Positions 21,088-32,620 of a stretch of DNA of 64,000 nt are shown piece by piece. The first letter of the stretch is position 1; every line of letters starts with the position of its first letter. The translations under genes and the position numbers were made by a program. The stretch covers positions 372,001 through 436,000 of the forward strand of contig VRMN01000001.1 of assembly GCA_008690995.1 (NCBI GenBank), read 5' to 3'. Origin of the DNA: Porphyridium purpureum (taxonomy: Eukaryota). The notes under the pieces were generated by a model. That model was not told the origin of the DNA and searched no databases. It saw only the letters and a list, made by a program, of their open reading frames with translations.

Positions 21088-22257
21088 TCACGTCCCTTTG
21101 GCGCTACACTGTACTTGTACACGCGCGGCGTCCATCATCTCGGCCACCACGATGGACTCTTCCGGTGGATACTGCGGGCACTCAAGCAGCCCGGAGAGCA
21201 GGCATCGCATGACTGCCGCAGCTTCGTAAGCAAACCCGATCGAGTTTGGGTAATTAAATCCGCCCGCTTCCGCTATTTCCGGAGTGCTTTGCGGCAGCGC
21301 AAACGACAGCTGGTTGTGCACGACATTTCCGCGCCCGTTCTTCTTGCTCGACACGGTAATGCTAAGCGGGCAATGCGCTGGTGTGTGTATAATTAAACGT
21401 CCTTCAGTTCCCACGACTGAGGTCTCCTCCGCGCTTTCGCACATGAGCCCGTACGAGACAGATGCGCCGTGCCTGCCGTACCGCAGCGCAAGCGAGCCGC
21501 TCATGTCAACGCTTAGTTGCATGTCGTAGTGCCCTACTCCAACCAGTTGGTCTGGCGCTTTGCCCCTGAATGCCCAGCTCACGGCGGCCAGAGGATAGAC
21601 ACCGACGTAGAGCAGAGCGCCACCGCCTAGCTGTGGATCATACATTGGAGACTCGGGGTACTTTTCCTGCTCGAAACTGTTGAATCCAAAGTCCGACATC
21701 ACTTGGGAGACTTCTCCAATTTCCTTGCGCTCAAAAATGAGATGTCTCGCATGCTCGACAGCCGGGAAAAACCGAGTCCACATGCCCTCGAGGAAAAAGA
21801 GCTTCTTCGCGCGCGCCAGCTGGACCATCGTGCGAACCTGAGTGGCATCAAGACCTGCTGGCTTTTCGACAAGAACATGCTTGCCTGCCTGGAGCGCCAT
21901 GGTCGCATGCACAAGATGCTCACTTTGGACCGTGCCCACGTACACGATCTGCACGTCCGGATCCTCGACCAGCTGCTGATATCCTTCATACCACCGCGCG
22001 ATCCCATGCCGCTGCGCAAACTTCTCCGCGCGCGCTCCTTCCCTCGCGGCCACCGCCACGACCCTTGCACACGGAAGCACTTTGAGCGCCTGCACAAAGT
22101 CGTGACACACCCGACCGGCGCCGACAATCCCCCAACGCACTTGCGCGCCGGCCGGGTGCTGCTTCTCGTACTCCTCCAGCGGCAATGTCAGCTTGCTCGC
22201 AATATCCAGCGGAACTGGCGCGAGCGCCGCCTCCACCGGCTGTCCTCCACCCGTCAT
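21088..22257 (-). CDS. Gfo/Idh/MocA oxidoreductase (dihydrodiol / D-xylose dehydrogenase-like)
   Basis: RWGIVGAG, GKHVLVEKP, EGMWTRFFP, LGGGALLYVGVYP. Confidence 0.9.
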   Translation of the reverse strand: MTGGGQPVEAALAPVPLDIASKLTLPLEEYEKQHPAGAQVRWGIVGAGRVCHDFVQALKVLPCARVVAVAAREGARAEKFAQRHGIARWYEGYQQLVEDPDVQIVYVGTVQSEHLVHATMALQAGKHVLVEKPAGLDATQVRTMVQLARAKKLFFLEGMWTRFFPAVEHARHLIFERKEIGEVSQVMSDFGFNSFEQEKYPESPMYDPQLGGGALLYVGVYPLAAVSWAFRGKAPDQLVGVGHYDMQLSVDMSGSLALRYGRHGASVSYGLMCESAEETSVVGTEGRLIIHTPAHCPLSITVSSKKNGRGNVVHNQLSFALPQSTPEIAEAGGFNYPNSIGFAYEAAAVMRCLLSGLLECPQYPPEESIVVAEMMDAARVQVQCSAKGT

Positions 22258-23791
22258 CACACACCACAAACGCGTCCACTAACACCACACCCGCACCCAA
22301 ACAAGTCTGCTGCCCTTCTTCCAAAACAACACACCAAGCTTCCTCCTCACGGCATTGCAGAGGAATGCGAGAACCAAAAACGGTTCAACACGGTTTCTGG
22401 AGGTACACGTGTGTCCCTATCAAATCCGGCACATCTCATAGAGACTTCGACAAACGGTTTATCGGCTCATCGCTGCATGTGAAGAGCATCGGGCCACATG
22501 TGGAGCAAAATATTCTTTGATGCTCCGCGCTGGTGTGTGCCGATCAACCCATCGACATAATGTGCGCACGCTTCGCTTAAAAACGGCGCCCAGTATTGCC
22601 ATACAGAAATTGCTCTTGAACGCAGCACAAACCTGCGCCATTAGTCTTCACCAAATCAGCTGCCGGCCTTGTACTGTCGAACACTGAATGCGCTGCTCTT
22701 CGTTTCGCGCACTGGCGCACGTGATGGCTGCCCTGCGCCGCTTTTATTTTCGCCTGTGAGGGTATGTTCTTTTCTCGGGGTTCTCCGAGGAATTTTTTTG
22801 GTTTCTTCCAAAATTGCCAGGTAGGCGATACTCACGTGTCCATCTTCAGCAAGTCAGTTTCGAAGCCACTTTTCGAGCGCCTGAACCACAAGACGCCTTG
22901 CGGTCAAACATTTTGTACAAGGTGCTCATCCTTGCACCTGCTAATTTGCTTAACGGCTTGAGTGTGACCATACGTGAGGGCACGGACTGCATCACCGCTG
23001 CGTATAATGACACGCCCTGGGTACCGATGTAGCCGACTGCAACCTTTGATTCACGGGTCAGAAGAAGATTCGAGAAGTTAAGGCTTCTTGTGTTCGAAAA
23101 GATTGGAGTCCCAGGCTGGAGTTTATCGAACCAGGGTCCGTTTCTTGGGCACAATCACAACTTTCACCAATGGCATTGGCAAGACTTGAGCGGACAGAGG
23201 CCTTCATCGATGTGAGATTTATGACAATGCGGAAACCTCGCTCTGCGGACACAAGCTGCCGACCGCCAAACCAGTTTATCACCCTTTCGCTAATTAATTA
23301 TCCTTTCTAACTCAAACGTATTCCGTACGGACGGCCACGATGACCACGCTCTTCGTCGAGCATCATTTGCGGTAGCTCTCTACACCAATGCACATTTTCT
23401 CCAGGCTCCTTCTCGTGGCCGACAATTTCAGGCCAGCTTGGCACTTCTCAGTCGCCGTTCTTGACGTCGGCAGAATCGCCGTTCCGTTCTGCGGCCGCTC
23501 TGCCGCGCATCTCAACATGATGTCTCAGCGCCAACTGCCGCATTCACCAGACGAGCCTTTGACCTGCGCTCTTTGAAAACGTTCACAAGCAGGGAAAAAG
23601 AAGTAGGCCTTCGGATGATGTGGATTTGGGAGCAGGATTGGAGACGTGCCTCCGACACCAGAGATGTGCCGCCAGCCGTTACTTGCCGCCTGCGCGGTGA
23701 ACAGGGTCATTGGGCGCCGCCGCGGCAGCTGCCGGACGCGGAAAGGTGCGATGATACGTTCGAGCCGAGCTAGAACGGATGGACGACGCAA

Positions 23792-26700
23792 GTGATCGAC
23801 CGGGTGTTTTCGTCGTACAGCTGGTGTGTCTATTCGTGTGCGCTGGTGTGTCTATTCGTGTGCGCTGGTGTCGGCCGCGGACTTGCGCTCGCTGTGCATG
23901 AGCTGAGCCACTTGCTCGCGGCGCTGGTGCTGCTATTGACCCGGGGCGCAGCAGATACACATGGTAGGGATTGCGTTGGACGACAGAGAAGGCAGCTGCC
24001 GTCGTGGAGTCATACGGTGTTGATTCGTTTGCAGGAAGGATGGCGAGTAAGCCAAGGCGTGTTCACGCGGGCGAGCCTTCTCGCAAATTGTTCCGTGTCA
24101 TGGTGAAGTGAAACGGTGTTGCTTTGGCCGTTGGTGACTTTGTTACCCCAGCGCGACCAGCCGCATGTGGTATTATCGCGCGACGTGCTGCAGCATGCGC
24201 AGGCAGTGCATCTTGCTGGCGCTTTCGGAAGCGCGGGATGGACTTTCGTGCTGTTTGCTAACGTGCTGCTGCGCGGATGTTCGTCAATGTTTGACATGGC
24301 CTTTCTGCTTGCCGCGCTCTGGAATCTAGCTGATGCAATCGTATCTGACTGTTGCGCGTGCAATGCCTCAGCGCCTTTTTTCCTTCTGCGGCAACTTTGG
24401 GGCACTTTTTTTGTTCTGGAAAGTCCCGCGTGTCGCGCGGGGAATCTATGAAATGATTGACGCAATGATTGACGAGACACCACTTCGTGGTGCACAGGCC
24501 GGTGGCGCAGTGGTGCTTATGCCAAAGGGCGGCCCGAATGAAAGTTACCGCGCCATCCGCCACCGTCTAGTCAACTCCAAACGTGGCGACCTAGCCAAAA
24601 GGACAACCTGTGGGATCCGCTGGCGCGTGTGCATTTGGAAGCATTTTGTCTCTTTGATTCGCTTGGTCAAACGAGTGTTCAAGTTTTGGCGACCAACCAG
24701 CGCTGGTGAAGAAGCTTACGTGAACGAGCATAATCCGGTCATGGGAGGCCTGGAAACACGCTCGACCAAGACATCGACAATCGCGACGATGGATGTGTAT
24801 GCATATTGGGCAGTTCTCATGCAGGGTCACGCGAGATTTGCGACGTCGTCTTTGTCAGAGGCATGTGAGACGCAGCCGCACAACTGGTCCGGTCCGCGAA
24901 TGAAAAGCATGTGGGTGCGATCGGCGGCACCGGATCGGAACCTCGATAGAGTGTACACGCGCGTGACTGAAAATTTTCAGATTTTTGTGACGCACAACGG
25001 AGACTCTGATTCCTACGAACTATTTCAGGAAAGCGTAAGCGCCAGGACATTCCACCCATGGCTGGACCGTGTCCTGCAGATTTCGAACCATGGAACGGGA
25101 GATTCGATCAATATCGCAGGCATGCTTGATTTGCTTTGTACGCAAGGCATGTGGTACGAGTCAGTCAGGCTGGCGGACTGCATGTACGTGCTTCGCTCTG
25201 TAAAAGAAAAGGTGGACTTTGACCTCGTGCGTCGCGCCGCCGCGGTCTTTGAGACAGAGTTTTTGGCGTGGAGCAAGCTTCTCGTAGTGGACGAGGCGTG
25301 AGGCGCAGGTACTGGAAAATAGCATGAGCGTCCTACATCAGCAAATTCAGCCAGCATCGAGGATGTCAGTCTTGGCATGGATGCGTCGACAGATGCATTC
25401 GTCTCAGAGCTCGATAGGATGGTTTTAATCAGTCATTGCCTGCGTGAGATCAGCGAACGATACCACGAGATTGGGTATGAGCTAGTGAATATCCTAGGCA
25501 CCGCGTCGGTGGACTTCTTTTTCCGCAACTCAACGCGCAAGAGCATGGAATGGTTTCTAGAGCGAGCGCGCGGAACCTTTGGAATCGCAGTTTCCAGCAC
25601 CGTGAGAAGCGACGAGGCCGTTTTTGCAGCGTTTGGACAACCCAAGTTTTGTGATTCGGGTATGGAAGAGTCGCGCACAGGCTTTGATACTGTGTTGTAC
25701 GGCAGCGAGGTGCATGCACTGCACATACCTATACTTGGTCCAGATGGCAATGGCCGGCCGCAGCAGCTTTAGAAATACCACCAGTTGCAGGATATTCATG
25801 ATGAAATGCTTCGGATCGCGCATCGACCGGAGAATTTTTAAATTGAGGCAAGTCTTTTGCGGCGTATTGAGGATGGACTGGGCGACCAACTGATGGAAGA
25901 TCTTCACAGATCGCTCGGACTGGGCTCAATCAGCAGCGGAGGCGCGTTTGTGAAACAAGTGACATCTTCGTTACGTCAGACAGGGGGGTCCGTGCACGTA
26001 CAGAAGAGCGCGTTGAAAAGCTTGCGCACGGGCCCGCTAAAACCTGTATAGCTACTGCTGGACGATTTTGCACTCGCACGTGATGGGAATGCTGACTCTG
26101 CTCATGGGGATCTGCTGTCCAAGAACACAACTAGCAGTCTGTCTGCGTCTCCCGAAGCCGCCCGGCCACGCGAGGATACTGCGTATTCTAATATTGCAGA
26201 TATCGACTCACCGACACAACGTAGCTCCGAGACGCGAAGGAATCGCGTATCGGACAGGTATGTCGAGGCGATAAATAATTTGAATGGGGTCACAGTGGTG
26301 GCGCAAGATCAGAAACAGCCCGACTAGCTTAACATGGAGAATGATAGGCAGGACGCCACGGATGCGCCGGGCGCGACGGTGATTCGCTTACCGCGCTCAG
26401 CGTTCTTCCTTTGCTCGTTTGATTTGGAATCTGGACAGTTCCTGAAAGCTGAAAGGCTTGCATCGCGCATGCAAGCGTTTTTGGATGAGCGTCGCGACGA
26501 CGGAAAGCCAGGAGTACCATCACGCTTCGATAAAAATTAAGAGAAAGCCCAGGATGGACTCTATTGCGCAAGATTTAACCGACCTTCCAGGAGTTGTCGA
26601 AAGAATTGAGCAAGACTGGGACGCAGCGGGTGGGGCTCTTGTGCCAGGCGGTACGTCTGGAGCGTCTTTATAGTTCTCGATATCTGTCGAATCGCACAAT

Positions 26701-28986
26701 GACAAAGTGGTCAAGGAGCTCGTGCGGTGTTTTGACGAATTGACTGAGAACAATACACTCTATCAGCACTCTACCAGAGGTCTTGGACGTGGGCTTGGCG
26801 TGCTTGTCGTTGGCATAGAGGTGTCATTCTGGGTGTCGGAGCAGTGCGTAGCTGATCTCGAAACTGCCTTTCTCAAAATTACGGCGCGCGCATGGAGCAG
26901 GAACAAGATTTTGTCGGCGCTTGGGACGTTTCGTGACCCTTCTAGTCCCGTGGGGTTCGCGCATGGCTCGATGCAGAGTTTAGGGTTTACTATGATTAAG
27001 CATGCGCTGATTCTGATGGTCACAAATTCTGGCGTGACGTTTCCGACGCACCGCTCGGTCAAGTTGCTTGAAAAGAGTTTCCCAGGGCATATGTTTGTAC
27101 TAACCATTGACCGTACAAATCCGATCAGCGACGTGGTCCACCATCGCGTCGACCGAGTGATCGTCACCCACGCGGGCCCGTGCCCTGCTGAGCCAGCGAC
27201 TTTTGGGCTGCTTGCCGTGGACCATAAATTATCGCGCCTGCTAGAGGTACGCATGCGGTCCACATTTGCCAAGTATGGAGGGAATCCCGTGCAGCCATTT
27301 GGGAAAAGGTACGGCGCGAGCGATCTTCAAACGTTTGCGGATACACATGAAGCCTTCACACTCAACATGTCTGAGTACTGCAGCTTGGTTTCGCCGGTGC
27401 ACGTCCAGATACGACAAGCTGGGCAGAGATTTGGCTTTCACGTGCTGCAACCGTTTGTCTGCGTTCTGCTTAGCACCATCTACATTGTAATTACGGTTGG
27501 GCTCACGGATCCACCAGTCATTGAAAGCGCAGGCCGTATCTGCGGACCCAACCTGACTCAATGCAGCAACTCAAATGCTGAACGCTACGTTTCAGGTCTG
27601 TTGGACTCGTTCATTTACGTCATGCTGCCGTTCTGGACAGCCTTCTTGATTCATCTTGTGGCAAAGCGCCATTTACTGGCGCGACTGGGCAAGCGGGCTC
27701 TGGTGATTTGCGGCATTCCGTGGGTGGCTCAGTCGCTCGAAATGTATTTGAGCAAGCTTTTCGCGCTTGCATTTAGTTGGATGAGCATTGAGGTGCACAG
27801 CGTGAGCCCGCCGGACCATTTCGTGCAACGGTTCACACATCGGGTGACACGCGGGGCCATGTTGGCCTTTGGGCGACCGGACGGGCGCTCGATCGCGCTC
27901 TCCTCTGCAGAAGCTGAATGCTTGTTGTTCGCGCTACAGGCAAAGTGTGTGCAGACCCTCGGCTGCGGTCCAGATGGTGTCATGGACGGGCACAACCCTC
28001 ACAAGCCCCGACTTTTTGCGAAAGATGACGTGGCCGCGCCGCCGACTCGAAGAGGAAAATTCATGTGCGAAAACATGCTTGAAAGGCTTTTGCTCGCAAG
28101 GGATCTGGGTTCGGACACCATGGCCTTAGACCTCAAGGATTCGACTTCTGTGCATGAGATCCAGAGTAGGCATGAGACAATCGTTTCGCGTGGTCAAAGT
28201 TCGAACCATCAGAACGGAGAGAATGCGGACCCATTACTGTTGGGCAGTTCGAAAGGGCAGACCACCATTGCAACCAAGCTGGATCAGAACATGCTTAGTA
28301 TTTTGCAGGGCAAGAACACGACGAAACATTCCAATCTTCTGAATGCCCAGCTCGACTCACTCCACATGCAGTACTAGTGGCTAGAACGTAGGAGCACTGG
28401 ATTGGGTTTGGGACGCAGCAGCACTCTGGGGCGCACCAATATAGGCGCGGGATTGGAACACGGCTACACGCTAGGATGATCGTCGACGGGACTGGAGCGG
28501 AGCGGCACGATGGGGCACACAGCGACGCGCCTAGAGCGCACATTCACGGGACTGTATGAGAGCATGTATGCGGAAGAGCGCGCGGTGCGCGTGACCAGCT
28601 TTGCGCCGGAGGCCGACGTGGATGAGGTGGAGAAGCGAAGGCGCAAAGACGTGGCTGTAGCTTCCATGGCACGACTTGAAAGCAGTGCGATTCTGCTGTG
28701 CGAGGGGCGGTACTTTAGCGCTGAGCGTTTTGTCGGACTCTGCGTGCTGTTCCATGCCATGGCACGAACATGCAGCGTTTGGTGGCCGCGGAACTGGGAC
28801 ATGGCTCACAGCCAGAGCCACTTGAAAGTGGTGTCCACGGCGTGTCCCGTCAGCGCCAGCGATCTTGGCCGTGTGCTCCGCCGCTCCGAGCGCATGCGCC
28901 GAGGCCAAGCGGGGAGTGACGTCCGCGGGTCTGCGCTGAAAGGCACCAGCCACCACGGAGGCGACTTCTACACCACAGTGATCTGA
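23792..28986 (+). pseudogene. Decayed large multidomain gene: HExxH membrane domain + class II (Ntn) amidotransferase-like + SIS-like + membrane region
   Basis: HELSH in hydrophobic segment; CGNFG, RGAQAGG, GHARFATSS, VTHNGD; GIEVSFWVSEQ, VTNSGVTFPT; about 10 in-frame stops and at least 2 frameshifts. Confidence 0.7.
23821..23871 (+). repeat. 22-bp tandem duplication
   Basis: ctggtgtgtctattcgtgtgcg x2 plus partial third copy. Confidence 0.9.
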
Positions 28987-29846
28987 ATCATCCACCTGCC
29001 GCCTCGCAAGAACTCACATTGGAACTCGCGAGGAAAACGGGAAAGTGCGAACGCGCCAAAAAAGCACAGCGGGCGCGCGTGATGGCACGGCACTTACCAT
29101 GTGAACAAAAAGTCCACTTTCGTGCTCATTCCGGAGGAGAGAAACCGCGCGACACGACCATTTCGTCGACTGCTGCGCGCGTGCTATCACCGGCGCAGAC
29201 CCCGCCGCCATTTCGCCGGCCACGTTATTTGTTCAGCTGCGCATCGCGTGGAACGCACCAACCTGTGGCACATTAGCGGCGTGCAACACACACATCGACC
29301 ACACAACCACACAACCACACACCCTCCAACGGCCGTGTCTGCGCACTTGCACGTGTGCGTCTGTGCGAGCGTGATTCCAACGGCACTCGCGGCATGTCAG
29401 CACGTTGCCGGAGCGCACGGCACGCGCAACCAGCGTACTGTACTTGCGTCTCACATGCGCGGATTGGCGCGCACCGCGCGAGCGCGAGAAACGCGCGGTC
29501 CGCGTTGAGTGCTTTCTTTTTTTTCTCCACGCGCGGCGGCTTTCCCGCTTTGTTGCGCTTCACGGTTGCAGCGGCTTCGGCCTCATCAGCGAGTTGAAGA
29601 GTTGGCGTGTCGTGTTGGACGCGTGCCGAATTCGGAAACCCGGTATAAAGTGGTTGTGGTAGGAGCATTGATCCTTTCGAGGAGGAAAGCGACAGAGCGA
29701 CGCGGCAGCACGGCGAGACGGTCTTTTTAAAGCAGGCATACGTGAACGGAAGCATTGATGTTGGGGAGTGAAGAGGCAGAGAAAGGGAGAGAGAGGGGAA
29801 GAGGCATCGAAGTGGAATGGTGAGCGAGCGGTGGTTGAGGGGGAGG

Positions 29847-30347
29847 ATGGGGTTTGTGAGTGGCTTGCCGACGAGCGCAAAGGCGCGGGTTGCGGCAGAC
29901 GTGAGGACGTGCGGCTCGCAACGGACGTGTGCGGGCGTGCGAGGGGAGACGCGCGGCAGCGTGCAAGGCGGGTCGTCGAGGATACACAAGCTGGGTGTCG
30001 TGGTGCTCGACGTTGAGCAAGCGATTCGGAGCGCGGACGCGCAGGCAGCAGCGGCAAGACGGAGCGACCCTTTCGCAGGCACGCCGCAGCGTATGGTGGG
30101 CAACTCTGGTCGCGGACTTCGAAGACTGGCGCGGACACCGCAGAGACAGCCCACGAGGCTGTGCCACACCACAGGCTTGTCTGGAACGCCGCTCTTTGGT
30201 CAGGACCTGCGAACTGCTATGAGCGCGATTGCGCGTTACGAGTCGTTTCTGGGCCGCGAGGTACCGCTGAGCGAGCGCGCAGAGCTGCAAGACAACGACA
30301 TTATTTACATCGCCGAGTCAAGCGCGCTAGCGTGCCGGCTTGCATGA
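29847..30347 (+). CDS. Putative plastid-targeted protein, unknown function
   Basis: MGFVSG transit-peptide-like start; follows purine-rich leader. Confidence 0.45.
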   Translation: MGFVSGLPTSAKARVAADVRTCGSQRTCAGVRGETRGSVQGGSSRIHKLGVVVLDVEQAIRSADAQAAAARRSDPFAGTPQRMVGNSGRGLRRLARTPQRQPTRLCHTTGLSGTPLFGQDLRTAMSAIARYESFLGREVPLSERAELQDNDIIYIAESSALACRLA

Positions 30348-30881
30348 GACTTGTACGCAACACAGCGCTCGTCGCTCGCTGTGCCTGTTTCTGAAATCCG
30401 ACGTTTAACATTCACCGATACGACTACTAAACTGACCTACCTGATTCTAAACGATGAGAGCCAGTCAGGCAACGCCTGTTTTTCTCTCCTTGAGCTAGAG
30501 CCTGCTCGGCATCCTTGTCCGGTGGAGTTGTCTCAGTCTCTGGATTCCACGAGCTGTATTTGCAGCCTTGACAGTGTGAAACGCATTTGTTGCGTGAGAA
30601 TAGGAAAAGCGGACGTGACCGTCTCTTGAAGAGCAACGCGTCGACGCCTGTTCGCGCCGCACTGTCACGGTCGCATCGCTCTCGCATGTGCAGTCAACAA
30701 CCGCGCCACCTGACGCGCGCAGCCGCGGAGTCCAAGCGCAAGCGCGCATGGAGTACATGAAGCTGGGTACAGCTGGTGTGTGTTTTTGGGGTTTGAGCCG
30801 AGATTTATCGAAGTGCGTGCCGCGGCGGTGTGGGAGAGAGACAGAGGGAGAGCGAGGCGCGTAGGGAATGAAAGGTGTACG

Positions 30882-32435
30882 ATGGCGGGCGCACGCGTGA
30901 GACATGATGCGTGCTTTGCTCTGCACGGCACTGCGCTTGGAGCTGGAGTGCGAACTCGCGCACGTGGAGGTAGCGGCGGTGCGCGCGCCGCGTGCATGAT
31001 TCATGCTGCGCCTGGTCGTGGAGGCACATCGGCGGCGCGTGCGGCTGGCGTCGAGCCAACGGATGAGCCGCGCGAGAGAGTGGAGGCGCAGGAAAGCGAG
31101 GTGCGCGATGATGGTCCAGAGCATGGACTTGTGCGAAAGGCGTCGCGCCGGGCGCTCTTGCAGGCGTGTGTGGGCTTGGCCGGCTTGGCTTTAGCGATTC
31201 CTGCAGCCAGCGCATCTGAACAGCGATCCTGGTTTGGATTCAACCGCCTGCTTGAGAATACCAGCACGGACGCGGTTATACGAGCCGACCAGCCCATACT
31301 GAACGTGAAGCTGAATTCAGAGGAGCTTGGTGCCGCTAGGGAGGAATTCCTCAAGACGTCGTTTGTCTATGTGCCTGTCCCACCCTCCGAGCTTCGCGAG
31401 GCGAGCGTCGAAGGGGTGCTTCGCATGCTTTCGACGCAGCCTCGAGCAGTATTTATTGCATGCCACCGTGACTCATTCGTCGACCACGCGATTCAATCTG
31501 CGCTTTTGAGGGAGCTTTCGCTGCGACGCGGCGGTAGTAGTGGCAGTGGCAGTGCACTATCTAAGCGTATCGCGTGCGGTTTGGACGTGTTTCAAAAGCA
31601 GCATCAGCCCGTGCTGGATGCTTACATGCAAGGCACGATCTCCGATGAGGAGCTCATCAAGCAAACACAGTGGAAGCAACGCAACAGTAATGTACCGTTC
31701 GAGTCCTTCCTACCCGTGTTCTGGACGTGCAGAGAGTTTGAGATCCCGCTGGTTGCGCTTTCACCAGACAGTGCAATGTTGGACGCCGTACAGAAGCACG
31801 GCATTAACGGGGTCCCGCTTTCCGTTGCCGAACAGCTCGTTCCGGACCCGAAGGGGTTTTTGGGCATGCTCTTAGAGCCTGATTTTGAAGAGTACCAGAA
31901 CCTGGTGCTGTCCCGGCGATCCTCAGTCGTCGCGCTCCAGAAGGACGTGTCCTTCTCGACGTCCGACGCGCTCATGCAGTGCGTGATAGATGAGGCCATC
32001 GCGGCGGGATGCGTCGAATATTTAAGGACCCATCTGGACCGGACCTTGGTGTGCCTCACTGGCACCGGCCGCGTAAAGTTTGGCATGGGTGTTCCGTACC
32101 GTGCAAACCGGTTATTCAACAGCATGTATCTGAACAGTGTGGGTGGTACTGGATCCGCAAGCGGCTTGATTGAGAGCCAGTTTGTGCAACAACAACAGAA
32201 AGCGAACGCGACAGTGCAAGCGCGCCGCGTTGTCAGTTTAATCTTGAACGCAACGACGGCCGATTCCGGTCGCGACCCTAGGGGCGGTGGCGCCATGCGG
32301 CTGCAGCTCATTGAGGATGCGGCGCCACCCGCTGTTGCGCGGCCATTTGCAGATTATCTGTGGTACTGCAATCAGGTTCCTTCCAAGGTCAAGGCTCGGG
32401 CCGAGCAGTGGAAAAAGGACAAGATGCGGTCGTGA
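30882..32435 (+). CDS. ChaN/Tiki-superfamily domain protein (RER5/6-like), thylakoid-lumen targeted
   Basis: DHAIQ, GLDVFQKQHQPVLDAYMQGTISDEEL, DEAIA, GRVKFGMGVP; SRRALL + hydrophobic + ASA Tat signal. Confidence 0.75.
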   Translation: MAGARVRHDACFALHGTALGAGVRTRARGGSGGARAACMIHAAPGRGGTSAARAAGVEPTDEPRERVEAQESEVRDDGPEHGLVRKASRRALLQACVGLAGLALAIPAASASEQRSWFGFNRLLENTSTDAVIRADQPILNVKLNSEELGAAREEFLKTSFVYVPVPPSELREASVEGVLRMLSTQPRAVFIACHRDSFVDHAIQSALLRELSLRRGGSSGSGSALSKRIACGLDVFQKQHQPVLDAYMQGTISDEELIKQTQWKQRNSNVPFESFLPVFWTCREFEIPLVALSPDSAMLDAVQKHGINGVPLSVAEQLVPDPKGFLGMLLEPDFEEYQNLVLSRRSSVVALQKDVSFSTSDALMQCVIDEAIAAGCVEYLRTHLDRTLVCLTGTGRVKFGMGVPYRANRLFNSMYLNSVGGTGSASGLIESQFVQQQQKANATVQARRVVSLILNATTADSGRDPRGGGAMRLQLIEDAAPPAVARPFADYLWYCNQVPSKVKARAEQWKKDKMRS

Positions 32436-32620
32436 TACAAAATTAAAGTTCGTAATTATGGTATCGCTGTTATGCAAGAGCAGAGTGGAGCCACCTCAAG
32501 CTCGTTGAGCACATATCTCGTAAAGTCAGTACTACGTGAGACCTGAAAGTCGGCTGTGTCAATCATGCATGCGAGCCGATGCGATGACCTTGCTCCGTGC
32601 AGAGTTGTACACTCACGACT

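Noticed and set aside
23821..23871. 22-bp direct repeat as CRISPR-like array
   Set aside because: Adjacent copies without spacers, eukaryotic context, no cas genes
24104..28480. Stop-codon recoding or selenocysteine in the large broken gene
   Set aside because: All three stop types occur together with frameshifts, and other genes in the window use standard stops; pseudogenisation is simpler
29273..30172. 299-aa minus ORF
   Set aside because: Low-complexity and spans a purine-rich leader; the plus-strand ORF with a transit-like start is more plausible
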